Assembly (NCBI GenBank): GCA_048500095.1
Contig: JASNYQ010000002.1
Location: forward strand, 653,532-717,531
Origin: Thermoanaerobaculia bacterium
GTDB lineage: Bacteria > Acidobacteriota > Thermoanaerobaculia > Multivoradales > JAGPDF01
Direction: 5' to 3'
DNA length: 64,000 bases
Shown here: piece by piece, positions 26,438 to 37,400 of the stretch
Layout of the letters: every line of letters begins with the position of its first letter
How positions within the stretch are numbered: position 1 is the first letter of the stretch
Notes under the pieces: model-generated
Databases searched by the model: none
Seen by the model: only the letters and a program-made list of their open reading frames with translations
Told to the model about the DNA's origin: nothing
Translations under genes and position numbers: made by a program

Positions 26438-27913
26438 ATGGCGACGCCGATCCCCTCCAACCGGGCCCGCTTCACCCTCGGCGAGTTGGCCGCCGCCACC
26501 GGCGGCCGCCTCCACGGCGCCGCCCCGGAGACCGGGGTCGCCGGGGTCTCGACCGACTCGCGCACGGTGGCGGAGGGCGGCCTCTTCGTCGCCCTCTGGG
26601 TCCCTCCCGGCGGGCCGCTCCCGGTCGAGAGGGACGGGCACGACTTCGTCGCGGCGGCCCGGGAGCGGGGGGCGTTTCCGCTCGTGCTCGCCGGGCGGGG
26701 GGTCGACGGCCCACGCCTCGAGGTGGCGGACACGCTCCGCGCGCTCGGCGACCTCGCCCGCCACTTCGTGGCGCGCGAGACGGCGGGGCACCCGGTGCCG
26801 GTGCTGGCGATCGGCGGGGCGGCCGGCAAGACCACCACCAAGACGCTCGCCGGCGCCGCCGTCTCCGCCCTCTTCGGTCCCACCCTGGTCACGCCGGGGA
26901 GCCTGAACAACCTGCTCGGCGTCCCCCTCACGCTCCTCACCCTCGCTCCGGAGCACCAGGCGATGGTCATCGAGTGCGGCACCTCGACGCGCGGCGAGAT
27001 CCCCCGCCTCGGCGAGATCGTGAGCCCCGAGGTCGCCCTCGTGCTCAACGTCGACCTCGAGCACAGCGAAGGGCTCGGCGACCTGGCGTCGATCGCCGAC
27101 GAGGAGGCCGCCCTCTTCGCCGCCGCCCGGCGCGCCGCCCTGACCTCCACCGAGGAGCCGGAGCTGCTCGCGCGGCTGGCCCGCACCGACGGCCCCGAGG
27201 GGATCCTCTTCGGCCCCGGGCCGCGAGCCGACGTGCGGATCGCCCGCCGCGAGACGGCCGCCGACGGCACCTCCCGCGTGACGCTGGAGGTCGGCACCCG
27301 CTTCCTCGCCCGCAGCACCGAGCGCCGGATGGAGGTCGCGACCCCTCTGCTCGGCCCCGCGGCGGCCGGCAATCTGGCCGCGGCGGTGGCCGGGGCGGCG
27401 GCGCTGCGCGACCGCCCGCTCGACCAGGAGGAGCTCGTGGCCGTCGCCCGCGCGCTCGCCGCCGTACCCGCGGTACCGGGCCGGTTGGCGCCCCGCGAGC
27501 TCGGTGGCGTGCTCCTCCTCGACGACACCTACAACGCCAACCCGCGCTCGGTGCGCGCGGCGCTGGCCGCGGCGTGCGAGGCGGCGGCGGCACGCGGTGG
27601 CCGCCTCGTCGTCGCCCTCGGCGACATGCTCGAGCTCGGCGCGGAGTCGGAGCGCGCCCACCGCGAGATCGTGCGCGAGGTGGGTGCCACCGGCGCGGCG
27701 CTCGTCGTGGCCGTCGGCCCGGAGACCACCGCCGCCGCGCGCGCCGTCCACCTCGCCGCCGACACGCTGCTCGCCGAGGACGCCGCCGAGATCTCGGGCG
27801 CCTTCGCCGGGGCGGTGCGCGCGGGAGACGTCGTCCTGGTCAAGGGATCGCGCGGAATGCGCATGGAACGCCTCGTCGCCGCGCTCGAACGCGACCGCGG
27901 CGGGGCCGCGTGA
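26438..27913 (+). CDS. murF: UDP-N-acetylmuramoyl-tripeptide--D-alanyl-D-alanine ligase
   Basis: Mur ligase P-loop IGGAAGKTTTKT. MurF N-terminal LGELAAATGGRL...STDSRTV. C-terminal Mur ligase domain (LLDDTYNANPRS). Stop overlaps aceK GTG start. Confidence 0.85.
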   Translation: MATPIPSNRARFTLGELAAATGGRLHGAAPETGVAGVSTDSRTVAEGGLFVALWVPPGGPLPVERDGHDFVAAARERGAFPLVLAGRGVDGPRLEVADTLRALGDLARHFVARETAGHPVPVLAIGGAAGKTTTKTLAGAAVSALFGPTLVTPGSLNNLLGVPLTLLTLAPEHQAMVIECGTSTRGEIPRLGEIVSPEVALVLNVDLEHSEGLGDLASIADEEAALFAAARRAALTSTEEPELLARLARTDGPEGILFGPGPRADVRIARRETAADGTSRVTLEVGTRFLARSTERRMEVATPLLGPAAAGNLAAAVAGAAALRDRPLDQEELVAVARALAAVPAVPGRLAPRELGGVLLLDDTYNANPRSVRAALAAACEAAAARGGRLVVALGDMLELGAESERAHREIVREVGATGAALVVAVGPETTAAARAVHLAADTLLAEDAAEISGAFAGAVRAGDVVLVKGSRGMRMERLVAALERDRGGAA

Positions 27914-29622
27914 GCGGCCCGCGCCCACCCGCGGAGCGCGGCGCCGACCTCCTCCTCGGCGCCTATCTCGACTACCGAGCCGACCTCGCCGCGCTGACGC
28001 GCGCCGCCGCCGGCCACTTCGCGCGCCGTGACTGGGCGGCCGCTCACGACGACGCCGTCGAGCGGCTGGCGGTCTACCGGCGCCGCCTCGACGCCGCCAT
28101 CGCCGGCCTCGGCGACCTCTTCGGCGACGCCCTCCGCCGCAAGCCGGCCTGGCGGGAGCTCAAGGCGGCGTTCCGGCCGCGCGCCGGCGAGCTGATCGAC
28201 GGCGAGCTGGCGGAGACCTTCTTCAACTCCGCGACGCGGCGCGTCTTCTCCACCGACGGCATCGACCCCGAGATCGAGTTCGTGAGCCCGACGGCGTCCC
28301 TTCCGGAGGCCTCTGCCGGCGCCGAGGAGTGCGACCATTTCCCGTGCGCGGCGGGGCTCGAGGCCCTGCTCCGCGACCTCCTAGACCGCCACCGCCCCGG
28401 CTGTGGTTGGGAGGACCTCGAACGGGACGTCGCGCTCGGCGCGGAGGCGATCCGCCGGGCGTTCCCGGGCCGCGAGATCTCCGGCGCCGAGCTCGTGCGC
28501 TCTCCGTTCTTCCGCGGTCAGGGGGCGTATCTCGTCGGGCGTCTCCTCGGACCCGGCCTCCACCAGCCGCTCCTGCTCGCCCTCACCAACCCCGGCGGCA
28601 GCGTGCGCCTCGACGCGGTGCTCACCGCCGAGGACGAGGTGAGCATCGTCTTCAGCTTCACGCGCTCCTACTTCTTCGTCGAGGCACGCCGCCCGGCCGC
28701 GCTCGTCCGCTTCCTCAAGGCGATCATGCCGCGCAAGCCGGTCGCCGAGCTCTACAACTCGCTCGGCTTCAACAAGCACGGCAAGACGGAGCACTACCGC
28801 GCGCTCCTCCACCACCTCGAGAGCACCGACGCCCGCTTCGTGATCGCGCGCGGCGAGCGCGGCATGGTGATGGTGGTCTTCGAGCTCGAGGGCTTCGACT
28901 CGGTCTTCAAGATCATCCGCGACCGCTTCGAGTACCCGAAGTCGACCACGCGCGCCGAGGTCATGGGCAAGTACCGCCTGGTCTTCGAGCACGACCGCGC
29001 CGGCCGCCTGGTGGACGCGCAGGAGTTCGAGCACCTCGTCTTCGCGCGCGAGCGGTTCGCCCCCGACCTGCTCGACGAGCTGGCGGCCAAGACCTCGGGC
29101 ACGGTGCGGATCGAGGCCGACGCCGTCCACTTCGACCACCTCTACACGGAGCGGCGGCTGGTGCCCCTCGACGTCTACCTGCGCGAGGCGCCGCCCGAGG
29201 CCGCGGGCGCGGCGGTGCTCGACTTCGGCCAGACGCTGCGCGACCTCGCGGCCACCGACATCTTCCCGGGCGACCTGCTGCTCAAGAACTTCGGCGTCAC
29301 CCGCCATCACCGGGTCGTCTTCTACGACTACGACGAGCTCTGCCGGGTGACCGACTGCTCCTTCCGCGACCTGCCCACCCCCGCCACCGACGAGGAGGAG
29401 ACGGCCGGCGAGGCCTGGTTCTACGTCGACGAGAAGGACATCTTCCCGGAGGAGTTCATCCGCTTCTTCGGCATCCCGGCCCCGCTGCGCGAGACCTTTC
29501 TCGCCGCCCACCGCGACCTGCTCCGCGCCTCCTTCTGGCGCGCTCTGCAGGAGGACCACCGCCGCGGCGTCTACCACGACGTCCTCCCCTACGCGGAGTC
29601 CCGGCGCCTGCACCGCGGCTGA
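27910..29622 (+). CDS. aceK: Bifunctional isocitrate dehydrogenase kinase/phosphatase
   Basis: Collinear with E. coli AceK along its full length: [94 protein letters not shown] start overlaps the murF stop. Confidence 0.9.
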   Translation: MSGPRPPAERGADLLLGAYLDYRADLAALTRAAAGHFARRDWAAAHDDAVERLAVYRRRLDAAIAGLGDLFGDALRRKPAWRELKAAFRPRAGELIDGELAETFFNSATRRVFSTDGIDPEIEFVSPTASLPEASAGAEECDHFPCAAGLEALLRDLLDRHRPGCGWEDLERDVALGAEAIRRAFPGREISGAELVRSPFFRGQGAYLVGRLLGPGLHQPLLLALTNPGGSVRLDAVLTAEDEVSIVFSFTRSYFFVEARRPAALVRFLKAIMPRKPVAELYNSLGFNKHGKTEHYRALLHHLESTDARFVIARGERGMVMVVFELEGFDSVFKIIRDRFEYPKSTTRAEVMGKYRLVFEHDRAGRLVDAQEFEHLVFARERFAPDLLDELAAKTSGTVRIEADAVHFDHLYTERRLVPLDVYLREAPPEAAGAAVLDFGQTLRDLAATDIFPGDLLLKNFGVTRHHRVVFYDYDELCRVTDCSFRDLPTPATDEEETAGEAWFYVDEKDIFPEEFIRFFGIPAPLRETFLAAHRDLLRASFWRALQEDHRRGVYHDVLPYAESRRLHRG

Positions 29623-29723
29623 CCGACGCACCAACCGGCCGGCGAGACGCCCGCGGTTCCGGTGGTATTCTCCGGCCGGTTCGGCTTTTCGTTTCGCCTC
29701 ACCCCCACGACAGGAGAATCCTC

Positions 29724-31025
29724 ATGTCCGACTGGCGCTTCACGGTCCCCGCAGGCGGGGCCAAGATCACCCTCGAGGGCGGCAAGCTCCGCGTGCCCGC
29801 CTTCCCCATCCTCCCGTTCATCGAAGGGGACGGCACCGGCCCCGACATCTGGCGCGCCTCGGTGCGCGTCTTCGACGCCGCGGTCGAGAAGGCCTACGGC
29901 GGCGCGCGGCGGATCCACTGGATGGAGGTCCTCGCCGGGCAGAAGGCGTTCGACCTCGCCGGCACCTGGCTGCCCGAGGCCACGGTCGAGGCGTTCCGCG
30001 AGTACCTCGTGGGCATCAAGGGCCCCCTCACGACCCCGATCGGCGGCGGCATCCGGTCGCTCAACGTGGCGCTGCGCCAGCTGCTCGACCTCTACGTCTG
30101 CCTGCGGCCGGTGCGCTGGTTCCAGGGCGTGCCGTCGCCGGTGAAGAACCCCGGCAAGGTCGACATGGTGATCTTCCGCGAGAACACCGAGGACATCTAC
30201 ACCGGCATCGAGTTCGCCGCCGGCTCGCCCCAGGCCGACAAGGTGCTCGCCTTCCTGCGCGCCGAGTTCCCCAAGGAGTACGGCAAGATCCGCTTCCCCG
30301 AGAGCACCGGCATCGGCTTCAAGCCGGTCTCCCGCGAGGGGAGCGAGCGGCTGGTGCGCGCCGCCATCGAGTACGCGCTCGCCAACGGGCGCAAGAGCGT
30401 CACCTTCGTGCACAAGGGCAACATCATGAAGTTCACCGAGGGGGCGTTCCGCAACTGGGGCTACGAGCTCGCGGAGCGGGAGTTCGGCGACCGCGTCTAC
30501 ACCTGGGAGCAGTGGGAGCGCACCAAGCGCGAGGGCGGCGAGAAGGCGGCCAACGAGGAGCAGAGGTCCGCGCTCGCGGGCGGCAAGGTGCTGGTCAAGG
30601 ACGCCATCGCCGACATCACCCTGCAGCAGGTCCTCACGCGCCCGGACGAGTTCGACGTCATCGCCACCCTGAACCTCAACGGCGACTACCTCTCCGACGC
30701 GCTGGCGGCGCAGGTCGGCGGCATCGGCATCGCGCCGGGCGGCAACGTGAACTACGCCACCGGCCACGCCGTCTTCGAGGCCACCCACGGCACGGCACCG
30801 AAGTACGCCGACCTCGACAAGGTGAACCCCGGCTCGGTCGTGCTCTCGGGCGAGATGATGCTCCGCTACATGGGCTGGACCGAGGCCGCCGACCTCATCC
30901 TGCGCGGCATGGACGGCGCCATCGGGGCGCGGCGCGTGACCTACGACTTCGCGCGGCTCATGGAGGGCGCCACCGAGATCAGGTGCTCGGAGTTCGGCGA
31001 CGCCCTGATCGCCCACATGGGCTGA
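29724..31025 (+). CDS. icd: NADP-dependent isocitrate dehydrogenase (E. coli-type homodimeric, with AceK phosphorylation-site motif)
   Basis: [32 protein letters not shown] is nearly identical to the E. coli IDH segment around the phospho-Ser113. [12 protein letters not shown] metal/substrate block. RBS AGGAGA upstream. Strong terminator downstream. Confidence 0.95.
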   Translation: MSDWRFTVPAGGAKITLEGGKLRVPAFPILPFIEGDGTGPDIWRASVRVFDAAVEKAYGGARRIHWMEVLAGQKAFDLAGTWLPEATVEAFREYLVGIKGPLTTPIGGGIRSLNVALRQLLDLYVCLRPVRWFQGVPSPVKNPGKVDMVIFRENTEDIYTGIEFAAGSPQADKVLAFLRAEFPKEYGKIRFPESTGIGFKPVSREGSERLVRAAIEYALANGRKSVTFVHKGNIMKFTEGAFRNWGYELAEREFGDRVYTWEQWERTKREGGEKAANEEQRSALAGGKVLVKDAIADITLQQVLTRPDEFDVIATLNLNGDYLSDALAAQVGGIGIAPGGNVNYATGHAVFEATHGTAPKYADLDKVNPGSVVLSGEMMLRYMGWTEAADLILRGMDGAIGARRVTYDFARLMEGATEIRCSEFGDALIAHMG

Positions 31026-31050
31026 GACCGGCCCCCCGGCGGCAGGTCGC

Positions 31051-31078
31051 GAGGGTCCGCCCGCGAGGGCGGACCCTC
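31051..31078. terminator. Strong intrinsic terminator after icd (bidirectional with MFS gene)
   Basis: Perfect 12-bp stem gagggtccgccc / gggcggaccctc with GCGA loop, followed by ttcgtttct. Confidence 0.7.
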
Positions 31079-31095
31079 TTCGTTTCTCCCCGGCC

Positions 31096-32511
31096 TCAGG
31101 AGGCGGGCTCGCCCCGATGCACCCTGCCGCGCGCCATCGACGCCAGCACCCCGAGGGCGCAGAGCGGGGCGAAGAGCAGGAACGCCTGGCGCTGGACGGC
31201 GAGGAGCGCCGCCGCCGAGCCCGCGGCGAGCGGCGCGTCTCCCATCGCGCGCACGGTGAGCGCCGCCAGCGCCGCCATCGACAGCGACTGCCCGAGCAGC
31301 CGCATCGTGCCGAGGACCGCCGAGGCGGTGCCGTAGTCGCGCCGCTCGACGGCGCTCATCGCCGCGTTCGTGTTGGGCGAGGAGAAGAGGGCGAAGCCGG
31401 TGCCGATCAGGAGCAGCGCCCCGACCACGAGAGGGAGCGGCGTCGCCGGCCCCAGCAGCGCGAAGAGGAAGAGCGCCGCGGCGGTGAGCGCCATGCCCAG
31501 CGAGGCCGGCAGGCGCGGCTCGAAGCGGTCGGAGAGGCGCCCGGCGAGGGGCGAGAGGAGCGCCATGGTGAGCGGCTGGGCGAGCAGGACCAGCCCGGCG
31601 TGGCGGGGCGCCATCCCCCGGGCGACCTGGAGGTAGAGCGAGAGCAGGTAGGAGACCGCGAACGTCGCGCTGTAGTTGAGCAGCGCCGCGAGGTTCGAGA
31701 AGGCGAAGACCGGGTCGCGGAAGAGGCGCAGCGGCACCAGCGGCCGCGCGGAGCGCAGGTCGCGCCAGGCGAAGAGGGCGAAGCCCGCCGCCCCGGCGGC
31801 GATCGCCCAGAGCGCGCTGCGGCTCCGCGCCGCCGCCGCGAGGCCGCCGACGAGCGCCCCCAGGCCGAGGGCGTAGAGCGCCGCCCCGGCGAGGTCGAAG
31901 CGGTCGGCGGACGGGCGGCGCTCGGCCGGCACCGCGACCTGCGTCAGCGCCGCGAGGCCGAGGCCGAGGAGCCCGCCCGCGAGGAAGATCGAGCGCCATC
32001 CCGCGAGCTCGACCAGCATTCCGCCGGCGATCGGGCCGGACGCCAGGCCGAGATAGACCGCCCCGACGCCGATCCCGAGCACCCGCCCCCGCTCCGAGGA
32101 GGGAAAGGCGGCGACCACCATCGCCATGCCGGTGGCGAACGACATCGCCCCGGTGGCCCCCTGGAGGGCCCGGAGCCAGACGAGGGCGGAGACGCTCGTG
32201 GCCGCGGCCGCGGCGAGCAGGAAGACCGCCTGGCTCGCGGCCCCGAGCAGGAAGATCCGGCGGCGGCCCACGAGATCGGCCAGCCGTCCGAACGGCAGCA
32301 GCATCGCCGCCGAGGCGATCAGATAGGCGACCACCACGCCGTGGAGGGCGGCCGCCGGGGCGCCGAGATCGCGCCCGATCGCCGGGATCGCGAGGTTCAG
32401 CGAGCTCGAGAGGAACGGTGTGAGGAAGGCCGAGAGACTCACCACCGCCAGGAGCGCCCGCCGCTGCCCGCGCGGCGCCGGCGCTCCGGAGACGGTCTCT
32501 CGAGGCACCAT
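31096..32511 (-). CDS. MFS transporter (DHA2-like drug:H+ antiporter family)
   Basis: 14 predicted TM. MFS motif A GRLADLVGRRRIFLLG. Confidence 0.85.
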   Translation of the reverse strand: MVPRETVSGAPAPRGQRRALLAVVSLSAFLTPFLSSSLNLAIPAIGRDLGAPAAALHGVVVAYLIASAAMLLPFGRLADLVGRRRIFLLGAASQAVFLLAAAAATSVSALVWLRALQGATGAMSFATGMAMVVAAFPSSERGRVLGIGVGAVYLGLASGPIAGGMLVELAGWRSIFLAGGLLGLGLAALTQVAVPAERRPSADRFDLAGAALYALGLGALVGGLAAAARSRSALWAIAAGAAGFALFAWRDLRSARPLVPLRLFRDPVFAFSNLAALLNYSATFAVSYLLSLYLQVARGMAPRHAGLVLLAQPLTMALLSPLAGRLSDRFEPRLPASLGMALTAAALFLFALLGPATPLPLVVGALLLIGTGFALFSSPNTNAAMSAVERRDYGTASAVLGTMRLLGQSLSMAALAALTVRAMGDAPLAAGSAAALLAVQRQAFLLFAPLCALGVLASMARGRVHRGEPAS

Positions 32512-32629
32512 GGCCGGGAGTCTACGGGATCGCGGGAGCTCGCGCCGCGGCGCGGCACGAGCCGGTAGAATGGGGACTGCGGGAGGGCCGCCCCGCCGGG
32601 GCGGCCCGCAGGTCAGAGGGAGGGGCCCG

Positions 32630-34387
32630 ATGGCGACCGAACAGTCCGAGATCCGGAGGGTCCTCTACTTCCCGGGCCGCCGCACGCTCGCCGCTCCGTT
32701 CTTCCGCGCCATGGGCGGCCTCGAGGAGTGCCGCCTGCGCACGCGCGGAGGCGAGCCGACGGTGATCTGCCGCGAGGCGGCGCTCTCCTTCGTGGAGCGG
32801 CACGCCATCGACGACGCGCTGGCCGCGCTCCACAGCCAGTACTTCAACCTCGTGCTGCTCGACCTGCGCGAGCCGGTGGACAACGGGGCGCGGCGCAGCC
32901 GCCCGGCCTTCGAGCGCGGGCTCACCCTGCTCGAGGCGATGGACCGCGAGCCGGACATCGAGCGCCGGTACGGCTTCCACCGCATCTTCGCCCTGGTCTC
33001 CGGGCCCGACCCGATCGAGGTCGACCGTCAGATCGCCGCCCTCGGGGCCGTCGGCGTCCGGCACGTGCTGCGCGACCCTTCGACGCCGCGCCTCGGCGCC
33101 GGGCCGGGAGAGCCGCCCGACGAGGTCGAATTCTCGCGCGTGGTGCTGCGGGAGATGAAACGAGTCTGCACCGAGCGCCTGCCCGGCAAGGTGGCGCTCT
33201 GCATCTCGGGCGGCGGTATCACCGGCCTCTACTTCGAGCTCGGGGTGCTCAAGTGCCTCGAGGACTGCCTGCCGCCCGGGGCCCTCAACCGGCTCGACCT
33301 CTACTTCGGAATCAGCGCCGGCAGTGTGCTCAGCGGCATGCTCGCCAACGGCTTCTCGGTGACCGAGTTCATGGCCGCGGTCAGCGGCGAGGGGGAGGGG
33401 CGGATCGAGCCGCTCGACCTCAACCTGCTCGACTTCGCCCACCTCGACCTGCGCGGCCTCTCGGCGCCCCTGCGCCAGGTCTTCTCGCTCGCCAGCCGCG
33501 GCGCCTCCGAGCTGCTGCGCGGACGGCTCCCGTTCTCGCTCGAGTCGCTGATCTTCGAGTACGGGGACCTCTTCCACGCCCCGTTCCGCACCGATGGCTT
33601 CGGCGACCTCCTGCGCCGCGCCTTCAGCCGGCCGGGCCATACCGACGACTTCCGCCAGCTGCCGCGGCCGCTCTACGTCGGCGCCACCGACCAGGACCTC
33701 AAGGAGCACGTGCTCTTCGGCGAGGCCCCGCACGACGAGGTGCCGATCAGCATCGCCATCCAGGCCTCGATGAGCCTGAACCCGGTCTTCGCCCCGACCC
33801 CGATCGGCGACCGCTTCTACGAGGACGGCGCGGTGACCCGCACCTCGAACTTCGGCGACGCCATCCGCAAGGGGGCCGACCTCGTCTTCACGATCGACCC
33901 GATCGTCCCCTACGTATCGAAGCGCGCCGGCTTCGCTCGCGGGCGGGGGGTCTTCTACAACGCCGACCAGGACATCCGCACCGTCTCGTTCACCCGCTAC
34001 GACACGACGCGCAACTGGGCCCTGCGGCGGCACCCGGAGGTCTCGCTCTACACCTTCCTGCCGCCGAACAACCTGCGGCGGATCCTGTCGGTCAACCCGA
34101 TGGACCACCGGCCGTACCGGGAGATCTGGCGGGGGGCGTACCTCGGTACCCTCAAGCGCCTCGAAGCGCTCGGCTACCGGTTGCGCGGCGACCTGCACGC
34201 GCACGGCCTCGCCTTCGACCCGCGCCCGGCCGAAGAGGTCGCGGCCCGGCTCGCCACCACCCGGAACCCCCAGTTCGCCGACTTCTTCCCCGACGGCCGG
34301 GTCGAGATCCGGTCGGCCGAGCCCCCCCTCGCTCCCGCCCGGCCGAAGAGGAAGCCCCGGAGCCGGGTCGAGTCGCCCGCCGCCTGA
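32630..34387 (+). CDS. Patatin-like phospholipase family protein with N-terminal regulatory-like domain
   Basis: Oxyanion/Gly-rich CISGGGITGLYFELGVL, nucleophile elbow GISAGS, catalytic Asp in a DGA context. About 190-aa N-terminal extension. Confidence 0.8.
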   Translation: MATEQSEIRRVLYFPGRRTLAAPFFRAMGGLEECRLRTRGGEPTVICREAALSFVERHAIDDALAALHSQYFNLVLLDLREPVDNGARRSRPAFERGLTLLEAMDREPDIERRYGFHRIFALVSGPDPIEVDRQIAALGAVGVRHVLRDPSTPRLGAGPGEPPDEVEFSRVVLREMKRVCTERLPGKVALCISGGGITGLYFELGVLKCLEDCLPPGALNRLDLYFGISAGSVLSGMLANGFSVTEFMAAVSGEGEGRIEPLDLNLLDFAHLDLRGLSAPLRQVFSLASRGASELLRGRLPFSLESLIFEYGDLFHAPFRTDGFGDLLRRAFSRPGHTDDFRQLPRPLYVGATDQDLKEHVLFGEAPHDEVPISIAIQASMSLNPVFAPTPIGDRFYEDGAVTRTSNFGDAIRKGADLVFTIDPIVPYVSKRAGFARGRGVFYNADQDIRTVSFTRYDTTRNWALRRHPEVSLYTFLPPNNLRRILSVNPMDHRPYREIWRGAYLGTLKRLEALGYRLRGDLHAHGLAFDPRPAEEVAARLATTRNPQFADFFPDGRVEIRSAEPPLAPARPKRKPRSRVESPAA

Positions 34388-34496
34388 AGTGTCCCCGGAG
34401 CGCGAATCGGGGCGGGCCGCGCAACCCGGAGCCGTCCCCGAGCGTTAACCTGCTGTCCCCAGAGCGGCTCCGGCCGCCTCGCTTCCAGGAGGAGAT

Positions 34497-37400
34497 ATGC
34501 CCCGTCCGCACCGCCCGTGCACGCTGCCCGCCCTGCTCGCCGCCGCCATCCTGCTCGCCACCTTCCTCGCCCCGGTGCTCGCCGCGGAGGGACCGCCGCG
34601 CCTGCTGCGCCAGCCGGCGCTGTCAGCCAGCGAGATCGCCTTCGCCTTCGGCGGCGACCTCTGGGTGGCCCCCCGCGCCGGCGGCGAGGCCCGCCGGCTG
34701 ACCGCCCACGCGGGCATGGAGCGGGACCCCGCCTTCTCCCCGGACGGCCGCCGGATCGCCTTCACCGGCGAGATCGACGGCAACATCGACGTCTACGTGG
34801 TGGACGCCGCCGGCGGCTCGCCGCTGCGGCTGACCTGGCACCCCGGACCCGACCAGGCGGTGGGCTGGAGCCCGGACGGCGAGCGCGTCCTCTTCCGCAG
34901 CGCCCGCGACAACGGCACCCGCACGGCGCGGCTCTGGTCGGTGCCCGTTGCGGGGGGCTGGCCCGAGCGGCTGCCGCTCCCCGAGGCGTTCTGGGGGACC
35001 CACTCCCCCGACGGCGCCCGCTTCGCCTACATGCCGCACGAGCGGTTCCAGCTCTCCTGGAAGCGCTACCGCGGCGGCGAGGCGACCTTCGTCTGGATCG
35101 CCGACCTCGCGAGCCTCGAGATCCAGGCGGTGCCGCGCGGCAACGCGAACGATTCCTACCCCGCCTGGGCCGAGGACGGGAGGATCTACTTCCTCTCCGA
35201 CCGCGAGGGGAGAGTGACCCTCTTCCGCTACGACCCCGCCACCCGCGAGGTCGCCCGCGTCTACGCCAACGACGGGCTCGACCTGAAGAACGCCCGGCCG
35301 GGGCCGGGTGCCGTGGTCTTCGAGCGCTTCGGCGAGATCGGCCTCTACGACCTCGCCACCGGCGCCGTGACCTATCCGCCGATCCGGGTCACGCCCGACC
35401 TCGCGGCCCTGCGCCCGCGCTTCGCGAAGGTCGGCGAGGAGGCCGGCGCCGGCGCCATCTCCCCCACCGGCGCCCGCGCCGCCTTCTCGGCGCGCGGCGA
35501 GATCTTCACGGTGCCGGCCGAGAAGGGAGCTCCGCGGAATCTCTCCCGGAGCCCGGGCGCCGCCGACCGCGACCCGGCCTGGTCGCCCGACGGACAGACG
35601 GTCGCCTGGCTCTCCGACCAGTCCGGGGAGTACGCCCTCCACCTCGCGCCGCAGAGCGGCCTCGGCGAGGTGCGGCGGATCCCGCTCGGCGACCCGCCGT
35701 CGTTCTTCTACCGCCCCCACTTCTCGCCCGACGGAACGCGCCTCGCGCTCACCGACAAGCGGCTGAACCTCTGGATCGTGGAGGTGGCGAGCGGGGCGAT
35801 GACGAAGGTCGACACCGGCACCTACGACCACCCGGAGCGCTCGCTCGACCCCGCCTGGTCGCCCGACTCGCGCTATCTCGCCTACACCAGGCGCCAGCGC
35901 TCCCACGTGCACGACGTCTTCGTCCACGACGTCGCGGCAAAGACCTCGCACCGCCTCACCGACGGCCTCGCCGACGCCCGCTTCCCGGTCTTCGATCCCT
36001 CCGGCAAGTACCTCTGGTTCGCCGCCTCGACCGACTTCGGACCCACCTCGCCCTGGCTCGACATGACCAGCGTCGAGCGCCCGGTCTCGCGCTCGGTCTG
36101 GCTGGCGGTGCTCGCGGCGGGCGAGCCCTCGCCGTTCGCCCCGGAGAGCGACGAGGAGAAGCCGGCGGAGAAGGACGAGAAGTCGACGGCGGAGAAGGCC
36201 CGCGGCCGGGAGAAGAAGCCGGCGGCCGCCGAGAAGAAGGAGGAGGAGAAGGTCCAGGTGACCGTCGATCTCGCCGGCATCGAGCGCCGGATCGTGCCGG
36301 TGCCGGGCCTCGCGGCGAAGCACTACCAGCGCCTCGCGCCCGGCAAGGAGGGGATCCTCTTCCTGCTCGAGGCCCCGGAGCTGGTCGACGCCGACGCCGA
36401 CGAGCTCCCCGCCGGGCCGCTCTGGCGCTACGAGCTCGCGAAGCGCGAGGCGACCCGCGTGGCCGGTGCCGTCGACGAGATCGCGGTCTCGCACAGCGGC
36501 GAGAAGCTGCTCGTGCGTGCCGGCGACAGCTGGTCGATCCACGCCGCGGAGGGCGAGCTCGACCTGGACGAGGGGAAGCTCGACCTCGACCGCCTCGAGG
36601 CGCGCGTCGACCCGCTCGCCGAATGGCGGCAGATCTACCGCGAGGCCTGGCGCCTGCAGCGCGACTTCCTCTACGACCCCGGCTTCCACGGCCTCGACCT
36701 CGCCGCCGCCGAGCGCCGCTACGCCCCCTGGGTGGAGGGCCTCGCGCACCGCGACGACCTCAACTACCTGCTCGTCGAGATGTTGGGCGAGATCTCCCTC
36801 GGCCACGTCTACGTCGGCGGCGGCGACCTGCCCCAGCCCCCCCGGGTGAAGGGCGGCCTGCTCGGCGCCGACTGGGAGGTGGCCGACGGCCGCTACCGGA
36901 TCGCCCGCGTCTACTCGGGCGAGAGCTGGAACCCCGACCTCGTCGCCCCGTTCGACCGCCCCGGCGTCGACGCCCGCGCGGGCGACTACCTGATCGCGGT
37001 CGAGGGGCGGGAGCTCCGCCCCCCCGCCTCCCTCTTCGCCGCCTTCGAGGCGACCGCGGGCCGCGAGGTGCGCCTCCGGCTCGCCGCCGACCCGGAGGGC
37101 AAGGGGGCGCGGGAGGTCACGGTCGTCCCGGTCGAGAACGAGAGCCGGCTGCGGTACCGCGCCTGGGTCGAGGAGAACCGCCGCCGGGTCGCGGAGCGCT
37201 CCGGCGGCCGCCTCGGCTATCTGCACCTGCCCAACACCGCCGGCGCCGGCTTCGAGTCGTTCAACCGCTACTTCTTCCCCCAGATCGACCGCGAGGGGCT
37301 GGTGGTCGACGAGCGGAACAACGGCGGCGGGCTGGTCGCCGACTACATCGTCGAGGTCCTCGGGCGCAAGCTCCTCTGGGCCGTGGCGAGCCGCGAGGGG

